Shown here piece after piece: positions 53,501-64,000 of a DNA stretch of 64,000 nt. Origin of the DNA: Eledone cirrhosa (Eukaryota); NCBI GenBank assembly GCA_964016885.1, contig OZ024756.1, forward strand, positions 4,774,001-4,838,000. The letters run 5' to 3'. Numbering within the stretch: the stretch's first letter is position 1; each line of letters begins with the position of its first letter. Below the pieces are notes generated by a model that saw only the letters and a list, made by a program, of their open reading frames with translations, searched no databases and was not told where the DNA came from. A program made the translations under genes and the position numbers.

Positions 53501-54630
53501 GCGTAAACACGCATTAAGGCTACGGCACCTCTACGTATTCCTCACCGGACAACCGGTGTGGGCCTCGTTTGTGAGACGAACCTTTCCCAGACTCGTCTCA
53601 CTGACCGAGCTGCAATCCTGGGTCAAGCAAAGACCGAGAAAACTGGGCGCCTGGCACACTGAGTGTGCCCAGGCGCTCACCGCCCTCTGGCAGGCGGATC
53701 CGGTTATCAGTGGAGACTCCACCGCAACATTCTATAGAGGGCTGGTACGCAGCAGGTGCCACGACGCCCTCGGAGAAGCCCTAAACATGGAGGAGGACGA
53801 ACTGGCCAGCCTGTTCGGTAGGACATTCAGCCCGGGACCTATGGACAACTTCCAGAAGTCCCTGGCCTGGCAGTGCTACCGAGGGGCTTTACCCGTTCGA
53901 GAAAGGCTCTACAGACACGGGCGCCCGGGTAGGGACCCCGCCAAAAAGATCTGTCCCAGATGCGTGTGCGACGAGGAAACCGTTGCACACGCATTGGTAC
54001 ACTGCTCGGGCGTAGCCGATCTGTGGGGCTATGTCGAACAACTGCTGTCAAGGGTGGGACCGATCCGGTTGACCACCGAGTCTATTGTAATGATCAAGCC
54101 GCCTCCCCCCTTCAAAGATGAAGCAGAGGCGGTGTTTCTGTGCGTAATAGCCATGGCGAAAGAGGTTGTATGGTGGACGCGTCTGAAAGGACTGAGGTCA
54201 GGCACCTTTCTCTCTGGCCAACAACTGGTCCGTTTCTTCCGTTATCATTTCGGAAGAAGGATCAGGATGGAGAGAGAGGTGCTGCACCCCAGCCGTTTCT
54301 ATGAAAGATGGGTGAAAGTGGCGAGAATGGCCCGTGTGAATGGGCCTTCACTCTACATCAGACTATAGGTGAGGAAGATGAAAGACCAAGGGAGCACCCC
54401 TTCTCTGTGCTCCTGAGGAGAAGGGTTGCACACTTTTTTCGGGAGTGTGTGCGACCCCCCAAGGCGCCTCCTCTCTATTGAGGATTTTGTTAAAAATTTT
54501 ATTTTTTGTTATATCTTATTTTATTTTTATATTTTGTTATTGCCTCCTCCTTATTGAGGACGCCTTTTTGTGTAAACTCCCCCCTTTGTACTTGTCCCAC
54601 TTTTGATGCCCTAGTGGCAAATAAAAGAAA
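50598..54630 (+). mobile_element. Tx1-like retrotransposon copy 7 (longest form, ~4.03 kb)
   Basis: Junction GGTACTGTG|CAAGGGCCTAAC; ~309 bp ORF1-like frame to TAA 50906; intact ORF2; ends AAATAAAAGAAA+CC+TATCTTT. Confidence 0.97.
50931..54368 (+). CDS. Intact ORF2 (APE-RT-CCHC), copy 7
   Basis: Uninterrupted frame with GDWN, SDH, YADD and CCHC motifs. Confidence 0.95.
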   Translation: MAMLRVGCLNARGLGSTWKQAMLLNDLRSQRIDVMVICEARISNVRQLAPAFDDFEMQASLCQPGGGGGVVVLLQKHLGLATQTVHLDPEGRLVVLDLGSGKGGAFRLVAAYGPFGSMRPDSFHRLETFLGTSRSLLLVGDWNGILDARWDYVGACPDREGCNSLKGLIGRFDLADRYRLDFPTAPTWTWANRSGSSRSYLDRFLVRIKDKDFLSCPKMRMVGYSDHKLVTCMVNLDRTHRQGPGYWKLNLSLPASRAYRNRISTLVKERLTGAIVNSRWWVSLKREIRVVSIEFSKVLAADRNRKERELIDRVEEAIRRGDVARVLASRTALSQFFDAKHEGCVVRSKIRALGNEGNKAVSWARVTEANSGTKSTIRSLRDLDGRAILGPKQMCEAFQRHFARLFGRGGEPVGNVDFGPYLNGLPCLSDREAKSCEEPISAAEIEDVLSQCGKRKSPGLDGLPYELYLAMPDLFPDLLEAVYCNWQQNGRIPCTVTKGVVTLVRKDENKGDEISNFRPITLLNTELQILAKVLAKRLALVVGNLVGDAQTCAIPSRSIHDNLHLMRYIIERVGNEPGFGGALINLDQSKAFDRVDHGYLDAVLAAAGFGPVFRGWITAMHSSRICSRVKVNGYLSEPFKIARSIRQGCPLSSLLYVLTLEPLLRKLELLQGIPLEPGLRKAVSAYADDVTVMVSTASEFEAVGTLLEEYEKFTGAKLNRDKSIGLQLGTWRGRPMPSDGVVGRWTEGPVKLLGVWFGPDLQVEKNWAEVTNRVFALTQKWASCKLSLKGRAEVANTYIASVIYYRLTVVPCPRETLTKMERALFQFLWKRRAPMVRRSICCQHPSKGGLGMPWLMMRKHALRLRHLYVFLTGQPVWASFVRRTFPRLVSLTELQSWVKQRPRKLGAWHTECAQALTALWQADPVISGDSTATFYRGLVRSRCHDALGEALNMEEDELASLFGRTFSPGPMDNFQKSLAWQCYRGALPVRERLYRHGRPGRDPAKKICPRCVCDEETVAHALVHCSGVADLWGYVEQLLSRVGPIRLTTESIVMIKPPPPFKDEAEAVFLCVIAMAKEVVWWTRLKGLRSGTFLSGQQLVRFFRYHFGRRIRMEREVLHPSRFYERWVKVARMARVNGPSLYIRL

Positions 54631-54642
54631 CCTATCTTTATG

Positions 54643-55947
54643 TAGCGTCCGTCATCTACTACCGCCTGACCGTAGTGCCCTGCCCAAGGGAAACCCTCAC
54701 CAAGATGGAGCGCGCGCTCTTCCAATTCCTTTGGAAGAGGCGGGCTCCTATGGTGAGGAGATCCATCTGCTGTCAACACCCTTCGAAAGGAGGGCTGGGG
54801 ATGCCGTGGCTAATGATGCGTAAACACGCATTAATGCTACGGCACCTCTACGTATTCCTCACCGGACAACCGGTGTGGGCCTCGTTTGTGAGACGAACCT
54901 TTCCCAGACTCGTCTCACTAACCGAGCTGCAATCCTGGGTCAAGCAAAGACCGAGAAAACTGGGCGCCTGGCACACTGAGTGTGCCCAGGCGCTCACCGC
55001 CCTCTGGCAGGCGGATCCGGTTATCAGTGGAGACTCCACCGCAACATTCTATAGAGGGCTGGTACGCAGCAGGTGCGACGACGCCCTCGGAGAAGCCCTA
55101 GACATGGAGGAGGACGAACTGGCCAGCCTGTTCGGTAGGACATTCAGCCCGGGACCTATGGACAACTTCCAGAAGTCCCTGGCCTGGCAGTGCTACCGAG
55201 GGGCTTTACCCGTTCGAGAAAGGCTCTACAGACACGGGCGCCCGGGTAGAGACCCCGCCAAAAAGATCTGTCCCAGATGCGTGTGCGACGAGGAAACCGT
55301 TGCACACGCATTAGTACACTGCTCGGGCGTAGCCGATCTGTGGGGCTATGTCGAACAACTGCTGTCAAGGGTGGGACCGATCCGGTTGACCACCGAGTCT
55401 ATTGTAATGATCAAGCCGCCTCCCCCCTTCAAAGATGAAGCAGAGGCGGTGTTTCTGTGCGTAATAGCCATGGCGAAAGAGGTTGTATGGTGGACGCGTC
55501 TGAAAGGACTGAGGTCAGGCACCTTTCTCTCTGGCCAACAACTGGTCCGTTTCTTCCGTTATCATTTCGGAAGAAGGATCAGGATGGAGAGAGAGGTGCT
55601 GCACCCCAGCCGTTTCTATGAAAGATGGGTGAAAGTGGCGAGAATGGCCCGTGTGAATGGGCCTTCACTCTACATCAGACTATAGGTGAGGAAGATGAAA
55701 GACCAAGGGAGCACCCCTTCTCTGTGCTCCTGAGGAGAAGGGTTGCACACTTTTTTCGGGAGTGTGTGCGACCCCCCAAGGCGCCTCCTCTCTATTGAGG
55801 ATTTTGTTAAAAATTTTATTTTTTGTTATATCTTATTTTATTTTTAGATTTTGTTATTGCCTCCTCCTTATTGAGGACGCCTTTTTGTGTAAACTCCCCC
55901 CTTTGTACTTGTCCCACTTTTGATGCCCTAGTGGCAAATAAAAGAAA
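54643..55947 (+). mobile_element. Tx1-like retrotransposon copy 8 (5'-truncated, recombinant of copies 9 and 7)
   Basis: Separated from copy 7 by only ~10-13 bp of satellite (TATCTTTATGTAG); ORF2 C-terminal fragment to 55685. Confidence 0.95.
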
Positions 55948-55959
55948 CCTATCTTTATG

Positions 55960-57264
55960 TAGCGTCCGTCATCTACTACCGCCTGACCGTAGTGCCCTGC
56001 CCAAGGGAAACCCTCACCAAGATGGAGCGCGCGCTCTTCCAATTCCTTTGGAAGAGGCGGGCTCCTATGGTGAGGAGATCCATCTGCTGTCAACACCCTT
56101 CGAAAGGAGGGCTGGGGATGCCGTGGCTAATGATGCGTAAACACGCATTAATGCTACGGCACCTCTACGTATTCCTCACCGGACAACCGGTGTGGGCCTC
56201 GTTTGTGAGACGAACCTTTCCCAGACTCGTCTCACTAACCGAGCTGCAATCCTGGGTCAAGCAAAGACCGAGAAAACTGGGCGCCTGGCACACTGAGTGT
56301 GCCCAGGCGCTCACCGCCCTCTGGCAGGCGGATCCGGTTATCAGTGGAGACTCCACCGCAACATTCTATAGAGGGCTGGTACGCAGCAGGTGCGACGACG
56401 CCCTCGGAGAAGCCCTAGACATGGAGGAGGACGAACTGGCCAGCCTGTTCGGTAGGACATTCAGCCCGGGACCTATGGACAACTTCCAGAAGTCCCTGGC
56501 CTGGCAGTGCTACCGAGGGGCTTTACCCGTTCGAGAAAGGCTCTACAGACAGGGGCGCCCGGGTAGAGACCCCGCCAAAAAGATCTGTCCCAGATGCGTG
56601 TGCGACGAGGAAACCGTTGCACACGCATTAGTACACTGCTCGGGCGTAGCCGATCTGTGGGGCTATGTCGAACAACTGCTGTCAAGGGTGGGACCGATCC
56701 GGTTGACCACCGAGTCTATTGTAATGATCAAGCCGCCTCCCCCCTTCAAAGATGAAGCAGAGGCGGTGTTTCTGTGCGTAATAGCCATGGCGAAAGAGGT
56801 TGTATGGTGGACGCGTCTGAAAGGACTGAGGTCGGGCACCTTTCTCTCTGGCCAACAACTGGTCCGTTTCTTCCGATATCATTTCGGAAGAAGGATCAGG
56901 ATGGAGAGAGAGGTGCTGCACCCCAGCCGTTTCTATGAAAGATGGGTGAAAGTGGCGAGAATGGCCCGTGTGAATGGGCCTTCACTCTACATCAGACTAT
57001 AGGTGAGGAAGATGAAAGACCAAGGGAGCACCCCTTCTCTGTGCTCCTGAGGAGAAGGGTTGCACACTTTTTTCGGGGGTGTGTGCGACCCCCCAAGGCG
57101 CCTCCTCTCTATTGAGGATTTTGTTAAAAATTTTATTTTTTGTTATATCTTATTTTATTTTTATATTTTGTTATTGCCTCCTCCTTATTGAGGACGCCTT
57201 TTTGTGTAAACTCCCCCCTTTGTACTTGTCCCACTTTTGATGCCCTAGTGGCAAATAAAAGAAA
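55960..57264 (+). mobile_element. Tx1-like retrotransposon copy 9 (5'-truncated, ~1.3 kb)
   Basis: Same 5' junction as copy 8 at 1317-bp offset; ends AAATAAAAGAAA+TA+TATCTTT. Confidence 0.95.
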
Positions 57265-57266
57265 TA

Positions 57267-59995
57267 TATCTTTATATAGTGTGTGGTACTGTGTTAAATA
57301 TCTTTATATAGTGTGTGGTACTGAGTTAAATATCTTTATATAGTGTGTGGTACTCAGTAAAATATCTTTATATAGTGTGTGGTACTGAGTTAAATATCTT
57401 TATATAGTGTGTGGTACTGAGTTAAATATCTTTATATAGTGTGTGGTACTGTGGTAAATATCTTTATATAGTGTGTGGTATTGTGGTAAATATCTTTATT
57501 TAGTGTATGGTACTGTGGTAAATATCTTTATATAGTGTGAGGTACTGTGTTAAATATCTTTATATAGTGTGTGGTACTGTGTTAAATATCTTTATATAGT
57601 GTGTGGTACTGTGTTAAATATCTTTATATAGTGTGTGGCACTGTGTTAAATATCTTTATATAGTGTGTGGTACTGTGTTAAATATCTTTATATAGTGTGT
57701 GGTACTGTGGTAAATATCTTTATAGAGTGTGTGGTACTGTGGTAAATATCTTTATATAGTGGGTGGTACTGTGTTAATATCTTTATATAGTGTGTGGTAC
57801 TGTGTTAAATATCTTTATATAGTGTGTGGTACTGAGTTAAATATCTTTATATAGTGTGTGGTACTGTGGTAAATATCTTTATATAGTGTGTGGTACTGTG
57901 GTAAATATCTTTATATAGTGTGTGGTACTGTGGGAAATATCTTTATATAGTGTGTGGTACTCAGTTAAATATCTTTATATAGTGTGTGGTACTGAGTTAA
58001 ATATCTTTATATAGTGTGTGGTACTGAGTTAAATATCTTTATATAGTGTGTGGTACTGTGTTAAATATCTTTATATAGTGTGTGGTACTGTGGTAAATAT
58101 CTTTATATAGTGTGTGGTACTGTGATAAATATCTTTATATAGTGTGTGGTACTGTGTTAAATATTTTTATATAGTGTGTTGTACTGAGTTAAATATCTTT
58201 ATATAGTGTGAGGTACTGAGTTAAGTATCTTTATATAGTGTGTGGTACTGAGTTAAGTATCTTTATATCGTGTGTGGTACTGTGGTAAATATCTTTATAT
58301 AGTGTGTGGTACTGTGGTAAATATCTTTATATAGTGTGTGGTACTGTGGTAAATATCTTTATATAGTGTGTGGTACTGAGTTAAATATCTTTATATAGTG
58401 TGTGGTACTGTGGTAAATATCTTTATATAGTGTGTGGTACTGAGTTAAATATCTTTATATAGTGTGTGGTACTGTGTTAAATATCTTTATATAGTGTGTG
58501 GTACTGTGTTAAATATCTTTATATAGTGTGTGGTACTGAGTTAAATATCTTTATATAGTGTGTGGTACTGAGTTAAGTATCTTTATATAGTGTGTGGTAC
58601 TGTGGTAAATATCTTTATATAGTGTGTGGTACTGTGGTAAATATCTTTATATAGTGTGTGGTACTGAGTTAAATATCTTTATATAGTGTGTGGTACTGTG
58701 GTAAATATCTTTATATAGTGTGTGGTACTGTGTTAAATATCTTTATATAGTGTGTGGTACTGTGTTAAATATCTTTATATAGTGTGTGGTACTGTGTTAA
58801 ATATCTTTATATAGTGTGTGGTACTGTGGTAAATATCTTTATATAGTGTGTTGTACTGTGTTAAATATCTTTATATAGTGTGTGGTACTGAGTTAAATAT
58901 CTTTATATAGTGTGTGGTACTGTGTTAAATATCTTTATATAGTGTGTGATACTGTGGTAAATATCTTTATATAGTGTGTGGTACTGAGTTAAATATCTTT
59001 AAATAGTGTGTGGTACTGAGTTAAATATCTTTATATAGTGTGTGGTACTGAGTTAAATATCTTTATATAGTGTGTGGTACTGTGGTAAATATCTTTATAT
59101 AGTGTGTGGTACTGAGTTAAATATCTTTATATAGTGTGTGGTACTGTGTTAAATATCTTTATACAGTGTGTGGTACTGAGTTAAATATCTTTATATAGTG
59201 TGTGGTACTGAGTTAAATATATTTATATAGTGTGTGATACTGAGTTAAATATCTTTATATAGTGTGTGGTACTGTGGTAAATATCTTTATATAGTGTGTG
59301 GTACTGTGGTAAATATCTTTATATAGTGTGTGGTACTGAGTTAAATATCTTTATATAGTGTGTGGTACCGTGGTAAATATCTTTATATAGTGTGTGGTAC
59401 TGAGTTAAATATCTTTAAATAGTGTGTGGTACTGTGGTAAATATCTTTATACAGTGTGTGGTACTGAGTTAAATATCTTTATATAGTGTGTGGTACTGTG
59501 TTAAATATCTTTATATAGTGTGTGGTACTGTGTTAAATATCTTTATATAGTGTGTGGTACTGAGTTAAATATCTTTATATAGTGTGTGGTACTGTGTTAA
59601 ATATCTTTATATAGTGTGTGGTACTGAGTTAAATATCTTTATATAGTGTGTGGTACTGTGTTAAATAGCTTTATATAGTGTGTGGTACTGTGTTAAATAT
59701 CTTTATATAGTGTGTGGTACTGTGTTAAATATCTTTATATAGTGTGTGGTACTGTGTTAAATATCTTTATATAGTGTGTGGTACTGTGTTAAATATCTTT
59801 ATATAGTGTGTGGTACTGTGTTAAATATCTTTATATAGTGTGTGGTACTGTGTTAAATATCTTTATATAGTGTGTGGTACTGTGGTAAATATCTTTATAT
59901 AGTCTGTGGTACTCAGTTAAATACCTTTATATAGTGTGTGGTACTGTAGTGTATGGTACTGAGTTAAATATCTTTATATAGTGTGTGGTACTGTG
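57267..59995 (+). repeat. 32-bp satellite array, block 7
   Basis: Same unit; more private point variants than blocks 3-6. Confidence 0.99.
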
Positions 59996-62900
59996 CAAGG
60001 GCCTAACTTCACCCAGGCAGGGGATTTCCCCCACCTCAAAATGATTAAGGCCCCACAGGACACCTATAAAACTTTAAAAAACAATTTTAAAGAGGACGTG
60101 GGTCCCCCCTGCGTCGGGCCCATTAACCGCGTCCTCCTAAAAAACTATCCCACCCCCTCCCCAAACACCCTCACAACTCCAAGCTCCCCAACCACACAAC
60201 ACACTGATGCCCCCACACTTCCACAAACCACCACCCCACCCAACAACCCATCCCCCACCCTAATGGAAATTGTGCAGCCCGATACCCGCGACGCAGAGAG
60301 GTAAGTGCCTTTTCTCTTCACCACCAACATGGTTATGCTAAGAGTAGGCTGTTTAAATGCGCGTGGCCTGGGCTCAACTTGGAAGCAAGCAATGCTTCTA
60401 AATGACCTCAGGTCACAACGTATAGATGTGATGGTTATTTGCGAGGCCCGGATCAGCAACGTGCGACAGCTGGCCCCCGCCTTTGATGACTTTGAGATGC
60501 ACGCATCTCTCTGTCAGCCCGGAGGTGGGGGTGGAGTTGTCGTTCTGCTGCAAAAACATCTGGGTCTCGCAACACAGATTGTACATTTGGACCCGGAGGG
60601 TCGACTAGTGGTTCTGGACCTTGGCAGTGGTAAAGGCGGAGCGTTTAGGTTGGTAGCCGCCTACGGCCCTTTCGGGTCAATGCGGCCGGACTTCTTCCAT
60701 CGTCTGGAGACTTTTCTAGGGACGTCCCGCTCCTTGCTATTAGTGGGGGACTGGAATGGTATCCTAGATGCACGCTGGGACTACGTAGGGGCCTGCCCCG
60801 ATAGAGAGGGGTGTAATAGCCTCAAAGGGTTAATCGGTCGATTTGACCTGGCCGATAGATATCGTCTAGATTTTCCGAATGCGCCAACCTGGACTTGGGC
60901 AAATCGTAGCGGATCATCTAGGTCGTACCTATATAGGCTCTTATTTAGAATTAAGGATAAGGACTTTTTAAGTTGTCCAAAAATGCGCATGGTTGGCTAT
61001 TCAGACCACAAATTAGTGACCTGCGTGGTCAACCTTGACAGAACTCATAGACAGGGCCCCGGTTACTGGAAGCTCAACTTGTCCTTGCCGGCAAGTAGAG
61101 CCTACAGGAATCGGATTAATACGTTAGTTAAGGTACGGTTGACTGGAGCGATCGTCAACAGCAGGTGGTGGGTATCTCTAAAGAGAGAGATTAGAGTAGT
61201 CTCGATAGAATTTAGTAAGGTTCTAGCTGCGGATAGGAATAGGAAGGAAAGGGAGCTAATAGATAGAGTAGAAGAGGCAATTAGAAGCGGCGACGTGGCC
61301 AGAGTGCTAGCGTCGAGAACGGCTTTGAGCCAGTTTTTCGACGCGAAGCACGAAGGCTGCGTTGTCCGAAGTAAAATACGTGCTCTAGGGAACGAGGGGA
61401 CCAAAGCTGTTAGCTGGGCCCGCGTGACAGAGGCCAACAGTGGAACTAAATCCACCATCCGGTCTTTGCGAGACCTGGATGGACGGGCCATTCTTGAGCC
61501 TAAGCAGATGTGTGAGGCCTTTCAAAGGCACTTTGCCCGACTGTTCGGGAGGGGCGGGGAGCCGGTTGGGAACGTGGACTTCGGTCCATACCTCGACGGC
61601 CTGCCGCGCCTCTCGGACAGGGAGGCGAAGTCCTGCGAGGAGCCGATTTCGGCCGCTGAGATAGAGGACGTGCTGAGCCAATGCGGCAAACGCAAATCCC
61701 CGGGTCTCGATGGTCTTCCTTACGAATTATATCTAGCTATGCCGGACTTGTTCCCCGATCTCCTCGAGGCGGTCTACTGCAACTGGCAACAGAACGGGAA
61801 AATTCCCTGTACTGTGACCAAAGACGTAGTCACGCTAGTGAGGAAGGACGAGAACAAGGGGGACGAAATAAGTAACTTCAAGCCCATAACACTGCTAAAT
61901 ACAGAGTTACAGATTTTGGCCAAGGTGCTAGCAAAGAGGTTGGCGCTTGTCGTGGGCAACCTGGTGGGAGATGCGCAGACATGCGCTATCCCGTCCAGGT
62001 TCATCCATGACAACCTCCACCTCATGCGATACATCATAGAGAGGGTTGGGAATGAACCCGGCTTTGGTGGGGCTCTGATCAACTTGGATCAATCTAAGGC
62101 GTTCGATAGGGTCGACCATGGTTACCTGGATGCGGTGCTAGCGGCGGCAGGCTTCGGACCCGTTTTCAGGGGCTGAATCACTGCTATGCACAGCAGCCGC
62201 ATCTGCTCTAGGGTCAAGGTGAACGGCTACCTCTCGGAGCCGTTCAAAATCGCGCGGTCCATCCGACAAGGGTGCCCTCTCTCCTCCCTTCTGTATGTGT
62301 TGACTCTCGAGCCACTACTGCGGAAGTTGGAGTTGTTGCAGGGCATCCCTTTGGAACCGGGATTGCGGAAAGCGGTGTCGGCCTACGCCGATGACGTGAC
62401 AGTAATGGTGTCGACGGCCTCCGAAATCGAGGCGGTCAGCACCTTACTGGAGGAGTACGAAAAGTTCACAGGGGCTAAGCTGAACCGGGACAAGTCGATC
62501 GGTTTGCAACTCGGCACGTGGAGGGGCAGACCGATGCCCTCCGATAGCGTCGTCGGACGCTGGACGGAGGGCCCGGTGAAGTTGCTCGAGGTCTGGTTCG
62601 GACCGGACCTCCAGGTGGAGAAAAACTGGGCGGAGGTTACGAACAGGGTGTTTGCACTGACCCAGAAGTGGGCCAGTTGCAAACTATCCCTGAAAGGTCG
62701 GGTGGAGGTGGCGAACACCTACATAGCATCCGTCACCTACTACCGCCTGACCGTAGTGCCCTGCCCAAGGGAAACCCTCACCAAGATGGAGCGCGCGATC
62801 TTCCAATTCCTTTGGAAGAGGCGGGCTCCTATGGTGAGGAGATCCATCTGCTGTCAACACCCTTCGAAAGGAGGGCTGGGGATGCCGTGGCTAATGATGC

Positions 62901-64000
62901 GTAAACACGCATTAAGGCTACGGCACCTCTACGTATTCCTCACCGGACAACCTGTGTGGGCCTCGTTTGTGAGACGAACCTTTCCCAGACTCGTCTCACT
63001 CACCGAGCTGCAATCCTGGGTCAAGCAAAGACCGAGAAAACTGGGCGCCTGGCACACTGAGTGTGCCCAGGCGCTCACCGCCCTCTGGCAGGCGGATCCG
63101 GTTATCAGTGGAGACTCCACCGCAACATTCTATAGAGGGCTGGTACGCAGCAGGTGCGACGACGCCCTCGGAGAAGCCCTAAACATGGAGGAGGACGAAC
63201 TGGCCAGCCTGTTCGGTAGGACATTCAGCCCGGGACCTATGGACAACTTCCAGAAGTCCCTGGCCTGGCAGTGCTACCGAGGGGCTTTACCCGTTCGAGA
63301 AAGGCTCTACAGAGACGGGCGCCCGGGTAGGGACCCCGCCAAAAAGATCTGTCCCAGATGCGTGTGCGACGAGGAAACCGTTGCACACGCATTAGTACAC
63401 TGCTCGGGCGTAGCCGATCTGTGGGGCTATGTCGAACAACTGCTGTCAAGGGTGGGACCGATCCGGTTGACCACCGAGTCTATTGTAATGATCAAGCCGC
63501 CTCCCCCCTTCAAAGATGAAGCAGAGGCGGTGTTTCTGTGCGTAATAGCCATGGCGAAAGAGGTTGTATGGTGGACGCGTCTGAAAGGACTGAGGTCGGG
63601 CACCTTTCTCTCTGGCCAACAACTGGTCCGTTTCTTCCGATATCATTTCGGAAGAAGGATCAGGATGGAGAGAGAGGTGCTGCACCCCAGCCGTTTCTAT
63701 GAAAGATGGGTGAAAGTGGCGAGAATGGCCCGTGTGAATGGGCCTTCACTCTACATCAGACTATAGGTGAGGAAGATGAAAGACCAAGGGAGCACCCCTT
63801 CTCTGTGCTCCTGAGGAGAAGGGTTGCACACTTTTTTTCGGGGGTGTGTGCGACCCCCCAAGGCGCCTCTTCTCTATTGAGGATTTTGTTAAAAATTTTA
63901 ATTTTTGTTATATCTTATTTTATTTTTATATTTTGTTATTGCCTCCTCCTTATTGAGGACGCCTTTTTGTGTAAACTCCCCCCTTTGTACTTGTCCCACT
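59996..64000 (+). mobile_element. Tx1-like retrotransposon copy 10 (3' end just outside the window)
   Basis: Same 5' junction as copy 7; 3' UTR runs to the window edge. Confidence 0.96.
60329..63766 (+). pseudogene. ORF2 inactivated by TGG>TGA at 62174-62176 and an endonuclease change YLDRF>YLYRL
   Basis: The track splits it into in-frame ORFs 60305..62176 and 62186..63766; other copies have Trp at that codon. Confidence 0.92.

Noticed and set aside
8074-59995. CRISPR array (32-bp repeats adjacent to an RT gene)
   Set aside because: Units are contiguous with no unique spacers (only a ~5-bp slot drawn from a few variants), no cas genes, and the context is eukaryotic.

Overview
AT-rich eukaryotic (animal) genomic DNA, not prokaryotic; the SINE families and (TA)n load suggest a cephalopod/Octopus-like genome (recognised from memory, not searched). 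Positions 1-8073 are a patchwork of (TA)n microsatellites, tRNA-derived SINEs, an internally deleted DD37D (maT) Tc1/mariner transposon, a ~400-bp MITE and degenerate retroelement remnants. From 8074 to the end lies a 32-bp satellite array (consensus TAGTGTGTGGTACTG[T/A]G[T/G]TAAATATCTTTATA). It is interrupted by ten near-identical, co-oriented copies of one L1/Tx1-clade non-LTR retrotransposon (APE endonuclease, RT, CCHC knuckle). Eight of the nine visible 3' ends join the satellite at the same phase, immediately before TATCTTTAT, while 5' ends are variably truncated. The main candidate novelty is a young, sequence-specific retrotransposon targeting a host satellite, further amplified by satellite recombination (a ~15.5-kb tandem duplication and a 1317-bp unequal-crossover chimera).
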